A stretch of DNA of 64,000 nucleotides from Cystobasidiomycetes sp. EMM_F5 (taxonomy: Eukaryota), in contig JBPGPT010000002.1 in NCBI GenBank assembly GCA_051047955.1, positions 434,001 to 498,000 of the forward strand. The letters run 5' to 3'. The notes under the pieces are model-generated. The model worked only from the letters and a program-made list of their open reading frames with translations, was not told the DNA's origin and made no database searches. Positions 59,965-64,000 of this stretch are shown one piece after another (the stretch's first letter is position 1; every line of letters begins with the position of its first letter). The position numbers and the translations under genes are program-made.

Positions 59965-60468
59965 GTTTTGGCAGGATTGCAGGATTGTTGGCGTTTCTGG
60001 ACTGGACTAACGTTATATCTGTTGTCGGCTCTTGTGTTGTATGCAAACAGTAAACACGCTTGCTCAGGCTTTTATACGCAGAGAAGGTGATAAACTCGCC
60101 GACAACCAGACAATATGAAGTCAGTCACGGCGGGCGGCGTTAGCCATGACAGGTCGGGTGTTACATAATTTTGCATGACATCATCTGGGAGAAATTAGAA
60201 AACGGGTCCTCGGCCCTGCTGGTTCGGCAGGCTGACAGGATTTAATTTGTTGAGGCAATTCCAAGTTGCAGGTTATGTCATCCTGCAGCCTTTGCTACTG
60301 ACCACCATCTACCTTCACAAAGCTGACCATCTTTGCAACTCGAAAGGCGTTCCTTTCTTGAAGAAAGACTCCGACCTATCGCGCCACCGCCTGGATCAGC
60401 AGGTCTGAGGGCCTTATCTTTAGAACCCTCATCGACTTAATCAGCCTGTACGGCTCACATTATTCAAG

Positions 60469-62783
60469 ATGCCGCTAGAAGGGTCGGCCATAGCCAGAAG
60501 CTACTCGGCAGAGTTTATACATGCTGCCCGCGTTCGCAGCCAGAGTGCTTCCAGTCAGCGAGACCTAAATGGGGCACCGACACCAGCCCCAAGCACCTAC
60601 TACACACCGGCGGACACATACGATACCTCAGCGACGCCGAATCTCTTCACTGTCCCGAGCCCCATTTACGCCGTGCCCCGCAGAAATGAAGAGTTCGATA
60701 ATCAAGGTCGCGCTAGATCCCCACCAACTTCCCCCGGTGCCATACCAAGGCGTCCTCGGGGTGTAACAGCAACGAGTAGACGAGGTGTCCAGCCGCCCGC
60801 AGAGGTCATTCCGGAAGAGGATGACCCAAACAATGGAGAGCCTCTCGAGGAAGAAGCTCGGTCATCGAGTAGCGATAGCGCCCAGACACTGGCAAACAGG
60901 GACGTCGAGCGAGGTGACGGTTCACAAGGCAAGAAAGCGGACAAGCAAGGAGAGAAGAAAGGAGAGAAGCCTGCAGAAGGCGGGCAAGAAGCCGAAAAGA
61001 AGAAGGAAAAGGATCCCTTCCTCGTGACTTTGGAAGGTCGCGAGCACATCAACCCACATACCTGGAAAGAGTCTTATCGATGGTTCCTTACGGGCCTGGC
61101 AGGACTTTTTGTGCGCTAAGCGGCACCATCATGCACTATACGCAAGCGGCTGATGTATACACTCTTAGGTCTTAAATGCAACATTCGCTTCTTCAGCACC
61201 TTCACAGCTACTCGTATCCATCATTCCTTACTTTGGCATCTCCGAGGAAGTTGGCATCCTCACTATTTCTCTATTTGTTGCTGGTAGGTTTGCTTCCCAA
61301 GCGTCTGAAGGCTTCAGCTTATAAAATGCTCGTACAGGTTACTGTGTCGGCCCACTTCTATGGGGACCACTGAGTGAACGCTACGGACGCAAGCTAGTAT
61401 TCATCGTTGCCTTCATTCCCTATACTGCCTTTCAAGTAGGCGCCGCACTATCTCCCAACATCGGCGCACTGCTTGTATTCCGATTCCTTGGTGGAACATT
61501 TGCAGCCTCGCCTCTCACCAACTCAGGTGGTGTAAGTTGCTTGGCCCTTGTCCACAATGTTCATCCCTGACTTTCTTCCCTCCCCGAATACGCAGCTCAT
61601 CGCGGATCTGTGGCCGGCTGACAAGAGAGGCATCGCATTGTCCATATTCTCGCTAGCTCCCTTCGCTGGTCCTGCCATAGCTCCTATCGTTTCCGGTGCG
61701 ATGGCTGTTACTAGCACCGATTGGAGATGGATTTTCTGGGTGAGGAGATCAGGTCTTTGGGGCTATACAGGAGTGCCACGCGTACTAAGTACAATCCAAC
61801 CCATCTAGGTACTTACTATCTTTGCTGGCTTCTGTTTGGTCATCATTGTTGTCCTGCTGCCAGAAACATACGTGCCATACCTGCTGCACAAGGAGGCCAA
61901 GCGCTTACGCAAGACGACTGGAGATAGCAGATGGCACTCGCAGACTGAGCACCCTGATCACAAGGTATCCCTGCGAGAAACTTTGGATCACACCCTCCTC
62001 AAGCCGTTCATCATGATTGCTCAAGAACCGATGCTACTCGCACTCACGCTGTACCTTTCGTTCGTCTACGGTATCGTCTACCTGCTCTTCGAGGCTGTTC
62101 CTCTGGTATTCCAAGACAACCACGGCTGGAACTCGCTTCAAGGCGGATTGGCCTTCCTCGGCTTACCCTTGGGCGGAACGATTGCGACTGTCATTTACGC
62201 GCTATATTTCAACAAGATCTACATGGCGAAGCATCAGGCTCGCAAAGGAAAGATGGTACCACCTGAGGAACGTCTGAAGCCACTCATGGTGGCTGCACCG
62301 TTGTTTGCCATTGCATTCTTCTGGATCGGCTGGACGGCATATCCCAGCATCAACCCGGTCTCTCCTCTATTGGCAATCTGCTTGCTTGGACTGACCATCC
62401 TTTGGATGTTCTTGTCCATTTTTAATTACCTTATCGATGCTTGTGAGTCTATTGCATGATCACACGCTGAGAAGGCCGGTGTTAAGATCGTGAATGCAGA
62501 CCTCGTGAACGCAGCCTCCGCATTGGCTATCAATACTGTAGTCCGATCTGGTGAGTGGCGTTACCGTGGCAGTTGTCCAAGACAACGAATCTAACAATCT
62601 TCCGCAGCTTTCGGCGCTGGCTTCCCGCTCTTCGCTGGCCAGATGTACTCGAAGCTGACTATTCCAGGCGCTAGTAGTCTTCTTGGAGGCCTAGCTCTGG
62701 TCTTTACGCCAATTCCCTTCGTTCTTTACAAGTACGGCAAGGCAATCCGTGGACATTCAAAGAACGCACTGGTCTTGGACTAA
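60469..62783 (+). CDS. DHA1-family MFS drug/polyamine:H+ antiporter (Tpo1/Flr1-like), spliced
   Basis: NPHTW, GPLLWGPLSERYGRK, FRFLGG, PFAGPAIAP, WRWIFW, LPETY, PPEERL, NYLIDAY. Confidence 0.9.
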
Positions 62784-63103
62784 AGACGAGCTTATCTTAC
62801 AAAAGTCAAGCTGAATGGTTACGGAGCTTTTACGTCGGTCGACATGTTGGCATACAGTATATCAGCATGAGCCGGATGGTCTCAATTTTAGAGTTTTAAC
62901 ATAGAACGCCCAGCGAAGGCCTAATTGTCAATGTCAAGCAATATGTGTAGCGCTCTGTTAGAAACCGAAGCTTGTTGAATTAGCTGGCTCGCCGTAGACT
63001 GCAAGAAGCGCGTCCTTGCTGTGATCACGTGCGAAAATCGCAAGCCTACCCAGCTGCGAATGGTTCCCTTCTCAGCCAAACCACTACTCTAATACTGTTG
63101 ACA

Positions 63104-64000
63104 ATGCCGGACACGTATGCCGTTGTTGGCGGAGAAGGGTTCCTCGGTCATGCCTTAGTCTTAGCGCTGCGGCAGCGGTATCCCTCCGCCAAAGTCGTAT
63201 CGCTCGATATCGTGCAGCGCCACTTTCCCGAGAAGGATCAATGGGCGTTCGCCAATTGTGACCTGACAATCCTGGAAGACGTCACGAGGGTATTCAACGA
63301 ACACAAAGTCTCCACCGTCCTCCATACAGCATCGCCGTGGATAGGAGCCAGCAAGGCTGTTTGCGAAAAGGTCAATGTTGGCGGAACTACAAACGTTGTA
63401 GAGGCTTGCAAAGCGACTGGCGTTCGAAAGCTTGTATACACCAGCTCCGGCGGAGTCGTCTTTGATGGACGCGATGTGATCAACGTCGACGAACGGTGTA
63501 CCGCGCCCGAAAGCTCAGGGCAAGACGATGTATATGCATACAATATAAGCAAGGTAGGCCGCACTGGTATTAGTGCGCGGATCTCTACACTCTAACAAGT
63601 ATCTACAGGCTCGTGCCGAGGCTGTGGTGCTGGCAGCCAACGATAAAGACGGATTGTTGACGTGTGCACTGCGAGCTGCTGGTATCTTCGGGTACGCTAG
63701 GCTCTACGCGTCAAATTCGGACATGAACTAATGTTGTACGACTGTGCGTCCGTCACCACCTTCGCAATCCTGTGTTATCCTCTAGTATTGGAGACCGCCA
63801 AAACGTTCCCGGCTGGCTGGCAGCATATAAGGCTGGAAAGACAAAGTTTCAGATGGGCGACAATACGAACCTTTGCGATTGGACATACATTGACAACATT
63901 GTTTATGCTCATCTTTTGGCTGCGGAGAAGCTGGGAACGAGTGTCCCCGTAACTGTCTTTGCAGAGCGGATAGCACCCGTCAGTGCGAGCTTGCCCAGGA
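63104..64000 (+). CDS. ERG26: Sterol-4-alpha-carboxylate 3-dehydrogenase (3-beta-HSD family), 3' end outside window
   Basis: GGEGFLG, HTASP, VNVGGT, LVYTSSGGVVFDG, YNISK (YxxxK), TCALRAAGIFG, FQMGDNTNLCDWTYIDN..AHLLAA. Confidence 0.9.

Noticed and set aside
1..64000. CRISPR arrays, transposons, tRNA/rRNA, or a prokaryote-style defence or operon system
   Set aside because: No regularly spaced repeats, transposase/RT motifs, terminal repeats or recognisable structural RNAs. Spliced fungal genes and short spacers explain almost all of the sequence. Small ncRNAs cannot be excluded without Infernal.

Overview
Compact, intron-rich fungal genomic DNA. The short (about 50-80 nt) GT-AG introns with CTRAY branch points and the gene content suggest a basidiomycete yeast, possibly Pucciniomycotina (inference). 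I reconstructed 32 protein-coding genes by hand, about one per 2 kb; coordinates span start to stop including introns, and two genes are cut by the window edges. Most are conserved housekeeping genes: MTHFR, carnitine acetyltransferase, ATS1/KTI13, MRF1, SPX-RING E3, IKS1, SCS7, SIN1/AVO1, GAD1, VCX1, OYE, RQT4-like, a TFIIIC subunit, HSE1, ERG26 and three MFS transporters. I saw no rRNA, tRNA, transposon or CRISPR. The best leads appear only after splicing: (1) a 'hypothetical' protein with the NPFL...YVFRGKRI...PxxLF core of the Rum1/Sic1 CDK inhibitors; (2) a probable Fta4/Nkp1-like kinetochore subunit; (3) an HSF-domain protein with an altered recognition helix; (4) a kinase lacking its activation segment; (5) a divergent JLP1-like/SOA1-like sulfonate-scavenging pair; (6) an intronless GNAT with a myristoylation motif. 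Family calls rest on recalled motifs; no database search was run.
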